Assembly (NCBI GenBank): GCA_040219655.1
Contig: JAVJSB010000003.1
Span: 141,472-205,471 of the forward strand
Reading direction: 5' to 3'
Source of the DNA: Phycisphaerales bacterium
GTDB lineage: Bacteria > Planctomycetota > Phycisphaerae > Phycisphaerales > UBA1924
DNA: 64,000 nt
Each line of letters starts with the position of its first letter. Positions within the stretch are counted from its first letter, which is position 1. Under the pieces are notes generated by a model. The model was not told where the DNA came from, searched no databases, and saw only the letters and a program-made list of their open reading frames with translations. The position numbers and the translations under genes are program-made. This document shows positions 8,996 to 18,400 of this stretch, one piece after another.

Positions 8996-9085
8996 GTCGT
9001 TGCTCCTTGTGCCGCCCGCGAAGGCGGGCCGGTCGTCCCAGACTACCGGCGGTCCGCAAGAGGTCCATCCCTACCATCGGGGCCC

Positions 9086-10264
9086 ATGCCCGAACCGCCC
9101 TTCAGCCCCATCCCCGAGGTTCTCGACGAGCTCCGCGCCGGGCGCATGGTCGTCGTCACGGACGACGAGCACCGCGAGAACGAGGGCGACCTCATCCTCC
9201 CCGCCCAGTTCATCTCCCCCGATGCGGTCATGTTCATGCTCAAGGAGGCGACGGGCTACATGTTCGTCTCGCTGCCCGAGGCGGACTGCGACCGCCTAAA
9301 CCTCCACGGGCAGACGGCGGTCAACACCTCGGCGCGCGGCACGCCGCTCACCGTGTCCGTGGACGGCGCGCCCAAGCACGGGTTTACCACCGGCGTGAGC
9401 GCGCACGAGCGCGCCAAGACCATCCGGATGCTCATCGACCCGGCGACCGGGCCCGACGACTTCGTGCGCCCTGGGCACATCAACCCGCTGCGCTCGCGCG
9501 ACGGCGGCGTGCTCGTCCGCACCGGGCACACCGAGGGCATCGTCGATCTCTGCCGGCTCGCCGGGCTCAACCCCGGGTGCGTGGGCATCGAGATCGTGCA
9601 CGCCGACGGCTCCATGGCGCGCGTGCCCGAGCTCACCGAGTTCTGCGCGCGGCACGGCCTGAAGATGTGCTCGATCAAACAGATCATCGAGCACCGTCTC
9701 ACACGCTCAAGCATCGTCGAACGCCTCGACCCCGCGTCGGGCACCGAGATCCGCACGCCCGAGGGCGTCTTCAACCTCATCGCGTTCAAGACGGTCGTGG
9801 ACCCGCTGCCGCATCTGGCGCTCACCGTGGGCGGCGTGGGCGACCTCGCGGCGGACGGCGCGCCCGTCGAATCGAGCGAGCCCACCCTCGTCCGCGTGCA
9901 CCGGCGCGACCTGCTGGGCGACATCTTCGGCGACCTCGACGGCCACGCCTCCTCCACCCGCGACACCCTCCGCGCTTCCATGCGGATGATCCAGGACGAA
10001 GGGCGCGGCGCGATCGTCTACCTCCGACCCTCGGGCACGGGCGACGGGCTCTCCAACCGGCTCACCCGCCCCCACGGCTCGTCGGACGAGGACCTGCCCG
10101 GCAGTTCGATCGGGCCCCAGATGCTCGAGTACGGCGTGGGGTCGCAGATCCTCCGCGCCCTCGGGCTCACCAAGCTCCGGCTGATCACGGCCAGCGAGAC
10201 GGCGTACCCGCAGCTCGGCGCGTTCGGGCTGGAGATCGCCCAGCGCGTCCCGCCCGCGCTCTGA
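9086..10264 (+). CDS. ribBA: 3,4-dihydroxy-2-butanone-4-phosphate synthase fused to a GTP cyclohydrolase II-like domain lacking the Zn cysteines
   Basis: N-terminus is MVVVTDDEHRENEGDLI...RTGHTEG (RibB). The C-domain aligns to RibA but reads VHRRDLLGD...DLDGHASS where RibA has VHSECLTGD...CDCG. The true start is an internal ATG at 9086 of the 7187..10264 track ORF. Confidence 0.85.
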   Translation: MPEPPFSPIPEVLDELRAGRMVVVTDDEHRENEGDLILPAQFISPDAVMFMLKEATGYMFVSLPEADCDRLNLHGQTAVNTSARGTPLTVSVDGAPKHGFTTGVSAHERAKTIRMLIDPATGPDDFVRPGHINPLRSRDGGVLVRTGHTEGIVDLCRLAGLNPGCVGIEIVHADGSMARVPELTEFCARHGLKMCSIKQIIEHRLTRSSIVERLDPASGTEIRTPEGVFNLIAFKTVVDPLPHLALTVGGVGDLAADGAPVESSEPTLVRVHRRDLLGDIFGDLDGHASSTRDTLRASMRMIQDEGRGAIVYLRPSGTGDGLSNRLTRPHGSSDEDLPGSSIGPQMLEYGVGSQILRALGLTKLRLITASETAYPQLGAFGLEIAQRVPPAL

Positions 10265-10370
10265 TCCCGCCCCTGAACGATCTCTTCACACGCCCGCGAC
10301 GCCGGGCGGGCCCCCGCGCGATCTAGCGTTGTCGGTTCCCGGTGAATCTGAGACGTTGGAGGATCACGCC

Positions 10371-11378
10371 ATGCTTCGGATGTCGCTGACCGTGTTGCTC
10401 ACCCTGGGGTTCCTGTCCGCGCCGGCGCCCGCGCAGGACGGGCTGATGGAAGAGCGCCCCGACCCCGCCGGCGGGGTCGATCCCGAGCCCGCGCTCGAAT
10501 TGCCCGAGCGCGTCACCCGCGAAGCGCCCGCGGGGCACCCGATCCTGTTCGAGTTCGGCGACATGCTCGAACGCATGCACGACCGGAACGGGCCGGGACG
10601 CCCCGAGGAGCTCATCGCGCGCCTGTCGGGCACCGCGCGGTTCACCAACGAGCTGAGCATCGCGACCGACGCGCACGCGCGCGCGATCACGGGGACCGCG
10701 GTCTGCGAGCCCATCCTCAACGGACGCGGCGTCCGCCTCACGCTCGACGGGCAGGTCGCCATCGGCGCCGCCAACTTCCCGTACGTCAGCGAAGCGCTGA
10801 TCCTCTACGACCACGACGCGGCGGAGTACGTCTGTTATCAGCGTGATTCGCTCGCGGCGCAGATCGTCGAGATGCGCGGCGACATGAACGCCGACGAGTC
10901 CGAGCTCACCCTCACCGCCGCGGGCCAGTCGGGCGACATCGCGCAGGTGATCCTGTTCAGCGAGTCGGGCATCTCGGAGATCCGCAACTACCTCCGCCCG
11001 CTGGGCATGGAGGAATACGCCTTCCGCGGGCTCACGACGTTCGAGCCGATCGAGGAAGCGGCCGAGCCCGAGCGGTTCCTGGTGACCTACGTCCCCGCGT
11101 GGGGCGAGCCCGACGCCGACGGCGTGTACCCCCCGATGCCAGAGTCGAACCGGACCGTCTACGCCAGGCACCTGCGGCACCTGCGTGAGCTGGCGAACAA
11201 CGGGATGCTCGAGCGCTCGGGCGCGGTGGGGTCGGGCGAGCAGATCGTGCTGATGCGGGCCCCGGATGGTGAGGTCGCCCGGGCCGCCGCCGAGCGGAAC
11301 CCGGCGGTCGCCGCGGGCCTGTTCACCGTCCGCGTGCGCCCGTACGAGCCGCTCTACGCGGATCCCGCGGGCGGCTGA
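10371..11378 (+). CDS. Secreted protein: DUF1579-like N-terminal region fused to YciI-like C-terminal domain
   Basis: Signal peptide MLRMSLTVLLTLGFLSAPAPAQ. The C-terminal ...HLRELANNGMLERSGAVG...GEVARAAAERNPAVAAGLFTVRVRPYEP resembles YciI family proteins. Confidence 0.65.
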   Translation: MLRMSLTVLLTLGFLSAPAPAQDGLMEERPDPAGGVDPEPALELPERVTREAPAGHPILFEFGDMLERMHDRNGPGRPEELIARLSGTARFTNELSIATDAHARAITGTAVCEPILNGRGVRLTLDGQVAIGAANFPYVSEALILYDHDAAEYVCYQRDSLAAQIVEMRGDMNADESELTLTAAGQSGDIAQVILFSESGISEIRNYLRPLGMEEYAFRGLTTFEPIEEAAEPERFLVTYVPAWGEPDADGVYPPMPESNRTVYARHLRHLRELANNGMLERSGAVGSGEQIVLMRAPDGEVARAAAERNPAVAAGLFTVRVRPYEPLYADPAGG

Positions 11379-11578
11379 GCGGGCGTTCTCAGAATCAATC
11401 AAAACCCGAACAAATTTGGTCATTTTCCTCGCAATGCCCGAGAAGATCCGTCATACTGGGCGGACCCGGGGCGGGAGCGCCCCGGGCGTGCGGTGCCCAC
11501 GCCGGCGCCGCGAGGGGACACCCACGCCCCCGGGCGCGGAGCGTCGGGGCGCGTGACAACGCCACAAGGAGCACAGCC

Positions 11579-12256
11579 ATGACCACGAAGAAGCTGGCCG
11601 GCGCGTTCGGCGCGGGCGCGATTTGTATGGGAACCCTGACGTTCGTGATCGCCACCGGCGAGCCCGACAAGCCCAAGATGCCCGCGATGGCCGACATGCA
11701 AGACATGCCGCGGATGCAGGACATGCCCGAGATGTCCGCCGCCGAGGCCGAGATGCAGGCCTGGATCGAACTCAGCCAGCCCAACGCGCACCACGAGCAC
11801 CTCGCCAAGTACGTCGGCGCGTGGGACGTGGACGCCTGGTTCAAGATGGACCCCAACGCCCCCGCGATGGAGTCCACCGGCTCCATGACCACCAAGACCC
11901 TCATGGACGGGCGCTACACCATGTCCAGGTTCAACATGCCCGAGTTCATGGGCGGACCGTTCGACGGCATGGCGATCATGGGCTACGACAACGCCAAGCA
12001 GAAGTACGTCTCGACCTGGATCGACTCGTGGAGCACCGGCATCATGGTCAGCGAGGGCGCCATGTCGTCCGACGGCTCGAAGCTCATCATGATGGGCTCC
12101 ATGGCCGGGCCCGAGGGCGACGAGACCATGAAGATGGTCACCGAGTGGCACGGCGACGACACCATCGTCGATACGTTCTACGACCTCACCGACGGCGAGT
12201 GGAACATGCACGCCAAGATGACCTACACCCGCAAGGGGCACGCCCATGGGGGCTGA
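11579..12256 (+). CDS. DUF1579 domain protein
   Basis: HEHLAKYVGAWDVDAWFKMDP...GYDNAKQKYVSTWIDSWSTGIM pattern. SD aaggag upstream. Confidence 0.75.
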   Translation: MTTKKLAGAFGAGAICMGTLTFVIATGEPDKPKMPAMADMQDMPRMQDMPEMSAAEAEMQAWIELSQPNAHHEHLAKYVGAWDVDAWFKMDPNAPAMESTGSMTTKTLMDGRYTMSRFNMPEFMGGPFDGMAIMGYDNAKQKYVSTWIDSWSTGIMVSEGAMSSDGSKLIMMGSMAGPEGDETMKMVTEWHGDDTIVDTFYDLTDGEWNMHAKMTYTRKGHAHGG

Positions 12257-12761
12257 CACCGCCGCCGACTGCATGAAGCACGCCCGGCCCACAGAGCAGC
12301 ACGCGCTGCTCAAGCACTTCGAGGGCACGTGGCGCGCCGAGGTCAAGATGTGGATGGGCCCGGGCGACCCGCACGTCTCCACGGGCACCATGGTCAACGA
12401 GCGCATCCACAACGGGCTGTTCATCCGCCACGATTACAAGGGCGACCCGAGCGACGGGCCCTTCCCCGCCTTCGAGGGCGGCGGGTACTTCGGGTACAAC
12501 ACCGTGGACGGCCGCTGGGAGGGCGTCTGGGTGGACAACGCGATCTCGCTCATCCAGAGCGAGACCGGGCACGTCGATGATTCGGGCAAGGTCTGGACGA
12601 TGCACTCGTCCATGACCGACCCGGGCAGCGGTACGCCCATGACGAAGCGCTCCGTCATCACCATCCACGACGACGGCACGCACTCGATGGAGATGTTCTT
12701 CACGCCCCAGGACTCCAAACAAGAAGTCAAGGGCATGGAGATCCACTACACCCGCGCCTGA
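12246..12761 (+). CDS. DUF1579 domain protein (tandem paralogue)
   Basis: HALLKHFEGTWRAEVKMWMGP...GYNTVDGRWEGVWVDNAISLI. It overlaps the upstream stop; alternative start at 12273. Confidence 0.75.
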   Translation: MGADTAADCMKHARPTEQHALLKHFEGTWRAEVKMWMGPGDPHVSTGTMVNERIHNGLFIRHDYKGDPSDGPFPAFEGGGYFGYNTVDGRWEGVWVDNAISLIQSETGHVDDSGKVWTMHSSMTDPGSGTPMTKRSVITIHDDGTHSMEMFFTPQDSKQEVKGMEIHYTRA

Positions 12762-12791
12762 GCGGGCCCAATCGAGCGACCAAACCCGATG

Positions 12792-12819
12792 CCCAGGGAT
12801 TCAGGTCCCTGGGTTTCTT
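12792..12819 (+). terminator. Putative intrinsic terminator
   Basis: cccaggga-ttcagg-tccctggg hairpin (8 bp) followed by tttctta, ~30 nt after the 12761 stop. Confidence 0.5.
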
Positions 12820-13393
12820 ATGCGCTCACGTCGAGCGCCATGCGGATCTCGTCGATCGCGCGCCCGTCGGCCTCGATGACGCGCCCCGGGTGCAGCCCCT
12901 CGCGCACGAACCCGAGCGATCCGTACAGCGCCACCGCCCGGTCGTTGTTCGCGAAGACCTGCAGCTCGACGCGCTTCAGCGCCGGGTGCGCGCGGGCCCA
13001 ATCGATCGCGATCTCCATGAGCGCCCGCCCGAGCCCGACGCGTTGCCACCCGGGGACGAGCCCGATGCCGAGCGTCGCGTTGTGGGCGATCTTCCGCTTG
13101 GTCTCGGGGTAGAGCCCGGCGTCGCCGACGATGATGCCCGGGGCGTCCTCCGGAAGCACGATGAAAATCGCCCATCCCCTGGCCGAGTCGCCCTGGGCGA
13201 GCTTCTCGCGCATCCGCTCGACCGGGGCGGCTTCGTCCGGCTGCACCACGCCGTGCTCGGAAGTTCGAAAGAGCTCGATCGCGTGGGCGTGGAACGCGTC
13301 GGCGTCGTCGGGCGTCGCGAGGCGGACCGTCGCCCGGCGGCCGTCGCGGGCCGTGATCGGGCGCGGCTCGAACTCGGGCGGGTTCCCCTGCAT
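12818..13393 (-). CDS. GNAT family N-acetyltransferase
   Basis: GWQRVGLGRALMEIAIDWARAHPALKRVELQVFANNDRAVALYGSLGF (acetyl-CoA binding core). Start taken at MQGNPPEF; the track ORF is longer. Confidence 0.8.
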   Translation of the reverse strand: MQGNPPEFEPRPITARDGRRATVRLATPDDADAFHAHAIELFRTSEHGVVQPDEAAPVERMREKLAQGDSARGWAIFIVLPEDAPGIIVGDAGLYPETKRKIAHNATLGIGLVPGWQRVGLGRALMEIAIDWARAHPALKRVELQVFANNDRAVALYGSLGFVREGLHPGRVIEADGRAIDEIRMALDVSA

Positions 13394-13417
13394 CGCGTGG
13401 CAGGGTACCTTCGGGGG

Positions 13418-13936
13418 ATGAGCGAGCCAACGCCCAGTGTGCCGCCCCCAACCCCAACCGCCGCGAGCGACGACGAGGTCGCTCGGATGTACTTGCACGG
13501 CCGCGATGTCGCGTGCCCGGGGTGCGGTTACAACCGACGTGATGGGAGTACCGCGGCATGCCCGGAGTGCGAGCACCGGCTCGAACTCAGGCCTGCACGA
13601 GCGGGCGAACCGTCCTTTCGGATCGCGTCTCGGGCTCTCGGTGTCGCGGGAATCTTTCTTTCGCTTCCGCCACTCGCGAACATGATCTTCCTGATCACCT
13701 GGGGAGTTCGGAACGGCTGGACAAACCTCAACGCATGGTCGTTCTCGATGGGGCTGTTTCTTATATCGCTCGCCGCGGCGGTCACCCTTCTCCCTCTATC
13801 GCTCATGCTGACGCTGCGCCCGCGTAGACGCATCCGAACGCGGCTCGCGGCCATCGGAACGGTCTCGGCCCTCGTCGCGGCGCTCGCTGCAGCGCAGCTC
13901 GCCGAGGACATCTACTTCTTCGTCCTCACCTGGTAG
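13418..13936 (+). CDS. Zinc-ribbon (CPGCGY...CPEC) polytopic membrane protein
   Basis: Internal ATG of track ORF 12890..13936. Motif VACPGCGYNRRDGSTAACPECEH is followed by ~4 hydrophobic helices. Confidence 0.65.
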   Translation: MSEPTPSVPPPTPTAASDDEVARMYLHGRDVACPGCGYNRRDGSTAACPECEHRLELRPARAGEPSFRIASRALGVAGIFLSLPPLANMIFLITWGVRNGWTNLNAWSFSMGLFLISLAAAVTLLPLSLMLTLRPRRRIRTRLAAIGTVSALVAALAAAQLAEDIYFFVLTW

Positions 13937-13938
13937 CC

Positions 13939-14044
13939 GGGTGCCGTGGAGACGCCGTCTTCGGCTTCTCCACGCGGGCGCGGTGCCGAATCGATCGTGC
14001 CGGTCACGACGCGTGGAGAAGGCTCTGCCGTCTCCACGGCACCC
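13939..14044. repeat. GTGCC-capped double-hairpin element (copy H)
   Basis: gggtgccGTGGAGACgccgtcttcggcttCTCCACgcg...cgcGTGGAGaaggctctgccGTCTCCACggcaccc. It sits between two convergent stops and ends 25 nt after the pfp stop. Confidence 0.75.
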
Positions 14045-14068
14045 GCATCCGACAGCTGGACGCGCCGG

Positions 14069-15316
14069 CTACAGCCGCTCGTACAGCGGCAGCTCGCCCA
14101 CCAGCGGGCGGATGTAGTCCAGGAATTTGCGGCTCACGTCGTTGTGCCCCTCGATGAAGTCATCGGGCATGTGCCGCGTCTTCGCGGCGATCGCGCTGAG
14201 CTCGACGCGCTCGTACGCCGCGGCGTACGGCTGACCGGACCCGAGCGGGTGCACCCGCTTGATCGCGACCGAGCCGTCCAGATCGCCCGACATCGCGAGC
14301 TGGGCCGCGTACTTCCCGACGCCCCGCGCCTCGCGCATGTCCACCACGGACTGATCGGGGAAGCACCGCTGGACGTACCCGAACGTGTCCGCCCGCACGC
14401 GCGGCGGCTTGCCCCCCGCGGGCGTGAGGGCCTCTTTCAGCAGGTTCGAGAGCTGATCGCCCAGCGCGCCCGAGCCGGAGAGCTGCACGTTCCCGTGCGC
14501 GTCGGTCTGCGCGCCCTTGATGAGCGTTGCCCCGATCGGCCGGCCTTCCTTGTCGCTGATGCCCTCCGAAACGGCGATGTGGCAGCGCCCCTTCTCCTCG
14601 TAGAGCTTGGCGACGTCCTGGCAGAAGCGGTCCGTATCGAATGGGACCTCGGGCAGGTAGATGAGCTGCGGGCCGTCGGTGGACTTCTCGATCCGGTCGT
14701 CGCGCCGCGCCATGGCGCTGGCGGCGGTGAGGAACCCCGCGTGGCGGCCCATGATCACGTTGATCTTGATGCCGGGCAGGGAGATGTTGTCGAGGAAGTC
14801 CGCCATGCACGCCTTGGCGACGAACCGCGCCGCCGATGGGAAGCCCGGCGTGTGGTCGTTCTCCATGAGGTCGTTGTCCACGGTTTTGGGCACGTGGAAG
14901 CAGCGGAGCTCGTACCCCTTCTCGTTGGCGAGCTCGTTGACGATGCGGCACGTGTCCGACGAGTCGTTGCCACCGATGTAGAAGAAGTAGCGGATGTCGT
15001 GCTGCTCGCACGCCTCGAAGATGCGCTCGCAGTAGGCGGCGTCCGGCTTGTCGCGGGTCGAGCCGAGGCCGGCGCTGGGCGTCTTGGCGAGCAGCTCGAG
15101 GCGGTCGTGGTCCAGATCGGTCAGATCGTGGAAGTCGCCCCTGGTGAGCCCGTTGACGCCGTGGCGCATGCCCAGGATCTTCTTGATGGGGTTGCCGGGC
15201 GTGCCCGCGCCGCGTTTGCGCAGGCCCTGGATGACGCCGACGAGGGACTGGTTGATGACGGCGGTGGGCCCGCCGGACTGCCCGATGACCGCGTTTCCGG
15301 GGATGAGGTCTGCCAT
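14069..15316 (-). CDS. pfp: Pyrophosphate-dependent 6-phosphofructokinase (PPi-PFK type)
   Basis: PFK fold motifs are present. GGNDSS (Asp rather than Gly) and PKTVDNDL (Lys rather than Gly) are the residues associated with PPi rather than ATP use. MGRHAG motif also present. Confidence 0.85.
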   Translation of the reverse strand: MADLIPGNAVIGQSGGPTAVINQSLVGVIQGLRKRGAGTPGNPIKKILGMRHGVNGLTRGDFHDLTDLDHDRLELLAKTPSAGLGSTRDKPDAAYCERIFEACEQHDIRYFFYIGGNDSSDTCRIVNELANEKGYELRCFHVPKTVDNDLMENDHTPGFPSAARFVAKACMADFLDNISLPGIKINVIMGRHAGFLTAASAMARRDDRIEKSTDGPQLIYLPEVPFDTDRFCQDVAKLYEEKGRCHIAVSEGISDKEGRPIGATLIKGAQTDAHGNVQLSGSGALGDQLSNLLKEALTPAGGKPPRVRADTFGYVQRCFPDQSVVDMREARGVGKYAAQLAMSGDLDGSVAIKRVHPLGSGQPYAAAYERVELSAIAAKTRHMPDDFIEGHNDVSRKFLDYIRPLVGELPLYERL

Positions 15317-15477
15317 GGAAGCGCTCCGCGAGGGTGGCTGCGAACGTGGTTGAACCGAGAGGGTAGTCGCCGGCTGGGCGGGCGGATCCCCGGAGCAGGG
15401 GCGGTCGGAGTCCGAGAGAATCGCAAGTCCTGCCCTTCGTTCCCCGATTTGGGTGAAGCTCCAGCAACTCGAACCGG

Positions 15478-15483
15478 TAGAAT
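15478..15483 (+). promoter_or_regulatory. Candidate -10 box TAGAAT, 7 nt upstream of the ATG (possible leaderless transcript)
   Basis: cggTAGAATcccgaccATG. No SD is present between box and ATG, and the -35 is unclear. Confidence 0.25.
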
Positions 15484-15490
15484 CCCGACC

Positions 15491-18400
15491 ATGCCCATGA
15501 ACATCTGTGTGTCGTCACTGATCGCCGTCGCAGCGGGGGCCGTCGCCCTCGCCGGCCCGACCTCCAACTCCCCGCTGGTCCCCCCGCCCAACGGGCCCAA
15601 GTCCGCCGAACCCGGCGCGTGGGCGGTCGTCGGCGCGACGGTGCACCCGCGCCCGGGCGTCGCGCTCGAGGACCACGCCGTGCTGATGTCCGACGGGTTC
15701 ATCGTCGGCGTCGTGCCCGAGGCGACCGCCGACCTCGCGGGCTACCGCTCGTACGACGCCGAGGGCATGCACGTGTACGCGGCGTTCGTGGACATGGGCA
15801 TCGAGGTGGACGCGCCCAAGCCCGACGCGAACGAGGCGGGCGCGCACTGGCACCACATGGTCACGCCGCGCCGCCGCGCGCTCGCGGGCGAGGGCCTGAC
15901 CGACAAGGAATCCGAACGCCTGCGTTCGCTCGGGTTCGGCGCCGCGTCGATCGCGCCCAAGGACGGCATCTTCCGAGGCGTCAGCGGCATCGTCTCGACC
16001 GCCAAGGAATTCGACGACCCAAGCCAGGGCGCCGTGCCCGCGTACGTGGACGGCGTCTTCCAGTCCGTCGGGTTCGACCGGGACCGGTCGGGTAGCACGC
16101 GGGCCTACCCGGGCTCGGTCACGGGCGCGGTCTCGATCATCCGGCAGGTGCTGTCGGACGCGGACTGGGCCGCCGCGACCGGCGCCGACCCCAGCGCCCT
16201 GACGCCGCTCACCATGCCGTTCCCCCTCGTGTTCGACTGCACCGATGAACTCATGGCGTTGCTGGCCGACGACATCGCCCGCGAGTTCCAGCGCAACGCG
16301 ATGATCCGCGGGTCGGGCACGGAGCTGCACCGCCTCGACGCGATCGCGGAGGCGGGCTGGCCCGTGATCGTGCCGCTGCGCTTCCCCGCCAAGCCCGACC
16401 TCTCCTCGCCCGGCGCGATCGACGCGCTGGACCTGGAAGCCATGATGGAATGGGAGCAGGCGCCCACGAACCCGCGCCGCCTGCACGACGCGGGGCTCGC
16501 CGTCGCGATCACCTCGGCGAACCTGCCCAAGGGCGCCAAGTTCTACGACAACCTCCGCCGCGCCATCGATGAGGGCGGCCTCGCCGAAGACGACGCCCTC
16601 GCCATGCTCACCACCACCCCCGCCTCCCTGCTCGGCATGAGCAGCGAGCTGGGCGCCGTGGAGGAAGGCATGCGGGCCAACGTGCTCGTCACCTCGGGCC
16701 CGGTCTTCGGCGAAGAGACCGAACGCCGGGCCATCTTCGTGGACGGCCGCCTGCACGAGCTCGAGGCCGCCGAGGAGTTCCCCCTCGATGGCACCTGGGC
16801 CATCCGGCTGGGCGGCAACGATTCGCCGCTCCGCATGACCTTCGACGGCAAGAGCGTCACCTTCGACGACGAGAGCGACGACGAGGCCGAGCCCACCAAG
16901 GGCCGCAGCTCCACGATCGACGGCGGCTCGTTCCGCGCCATGCTCGACGCCCAGAACGAAACGGGGGACACCACCGTCCTCTCCGGCGCGCTCACCGCGG
17001 ACGGCACGATCCACGGCGTCGGCATCAACCCGAACGGCGACGCCTTCGAGTTCACCGCCACACGCGTCGATTCGCCGGAAGAATCCGACGACGAGGCGGA
17101 CGACGAGGACGACGCCGTCGATCCCGCGCCCGAGGACTTCGGCGGCTACCCCTTCGGGCCCTACGCCGTCTCCGAGATCCCCGAGCAGGGCACCGTCCTG
17201 TTCACCAACGCGACCGTCTGGACCTCCGGGCCCGACGGGATCATCGACGACGGGTTTGTCATGATCGACGGCGGCACGATCACCGCCGTGGGCCCCATGG
17301 CGGACGCGCCCTCCGCCGGAGAAGGCGTCCGCGTCATCGACTGCGAAGGCAAGCACATCACCCCGGGCCTGCTCGACTGCCACTCGCACACCGGGCTGTT
17401 CCGCTTCGGCGTGAACGAGGCCGGGCAGGCCGTCACCGCCGAGGTCCGCATCCACGACTCGCTCGACCCGGGCGACATCAGCTGGTACCGCCAGCTCGGC
17501 GGCGGGATCACCACCGTCAACTCGCTGCACGGGTCGGCCAACCCGATCGGCGGGCAGAACGCGGTCCACAAGAACCGCTGGGGCGCCCGCCACCCCGAGG
17601 ACCTGCTCCTCGAGGGCGCGCCGAGCGGCATCAAGTTCGCCCTGGGCGAGAACGTCAAGCAGTCCAACTGGGGCGACCGCTACACCACCCGCTACCCCCA
17701 GACACGCATGGGCGTCGAGACGCTCATCCGCGACCGGTTCATCGAAGCGCGCGAGTACGCGGCCCATGCCCAGCGCGCCGCCGCCGCCCAGGCCGAGCTC
17801 GCCGAGCTCCAGCAGCAGATGCAGCGCACGCAGACCGAGATCCAGGGCAAGTATCCCCCGATCGCGATCAACTGGGCCCTCCAGCCCGAGCATTCCCTCG
17901 AGGACGCCTGGCAACGCGTCCTCGAGAGCGGGCAGGTCTCGAACGTTGATCCCAACGAGCTGCTCGCCGACATGCGCGCCGCCCGCGCCCTGTTCGACAA
18001 GACCCAGCGCCTGCAGCGGTCGCTCGTGCAGCGCCGCGACCTGGAGCTCGAGACACTCGCCGAGATCCTCTCGGGCGAACGCCTCATCCACTGCCACAGC
18101 TACCGCCAGGACGAGATCCTGATGCTCTGCCGCATCGCCGAGGAGTTCGGCTTCAAGATCGGCACGTTCCAGCACGCCCTCGAGGTGTACAAGGTCGCCG
18201 AGACCGTCCGCGAGCACGCGATCGGCGCCTCCAACTTCTCCGACTGGTGGGCCTACAAGGTCGAGGTGCAGGACGCCATCCCCCACGCGGGCCCGATCCA
18301 GCACGAGGTCGGCGTCCTCACCAGCTACAACTCCGACGACAACGAGCTCGCGCGGCGCATGAACCTCGAAGCCGCCAAGGCCGTCAAGTACTCCGACGGG

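Noticed and set aside
7187-9085. N-terminal ~630 codons of the 1025-aa + strand ORF
   Set aside because: Only the last 393 codons (from the ATG at 9086) look like a protein (RibBA). The upstream part is antisense to the TlpA-like and low-complexity genes and is R/A/P/D-biased.
8996-9085. FMN (RFN) riboswitch upstream of ribBA
   Set aside because: The spacer is only ~90 nt. Apart from a ccggcggt fragment it lacks the conserved RFN helices and motifs I remember, and it doubles as the divergent promoter region.
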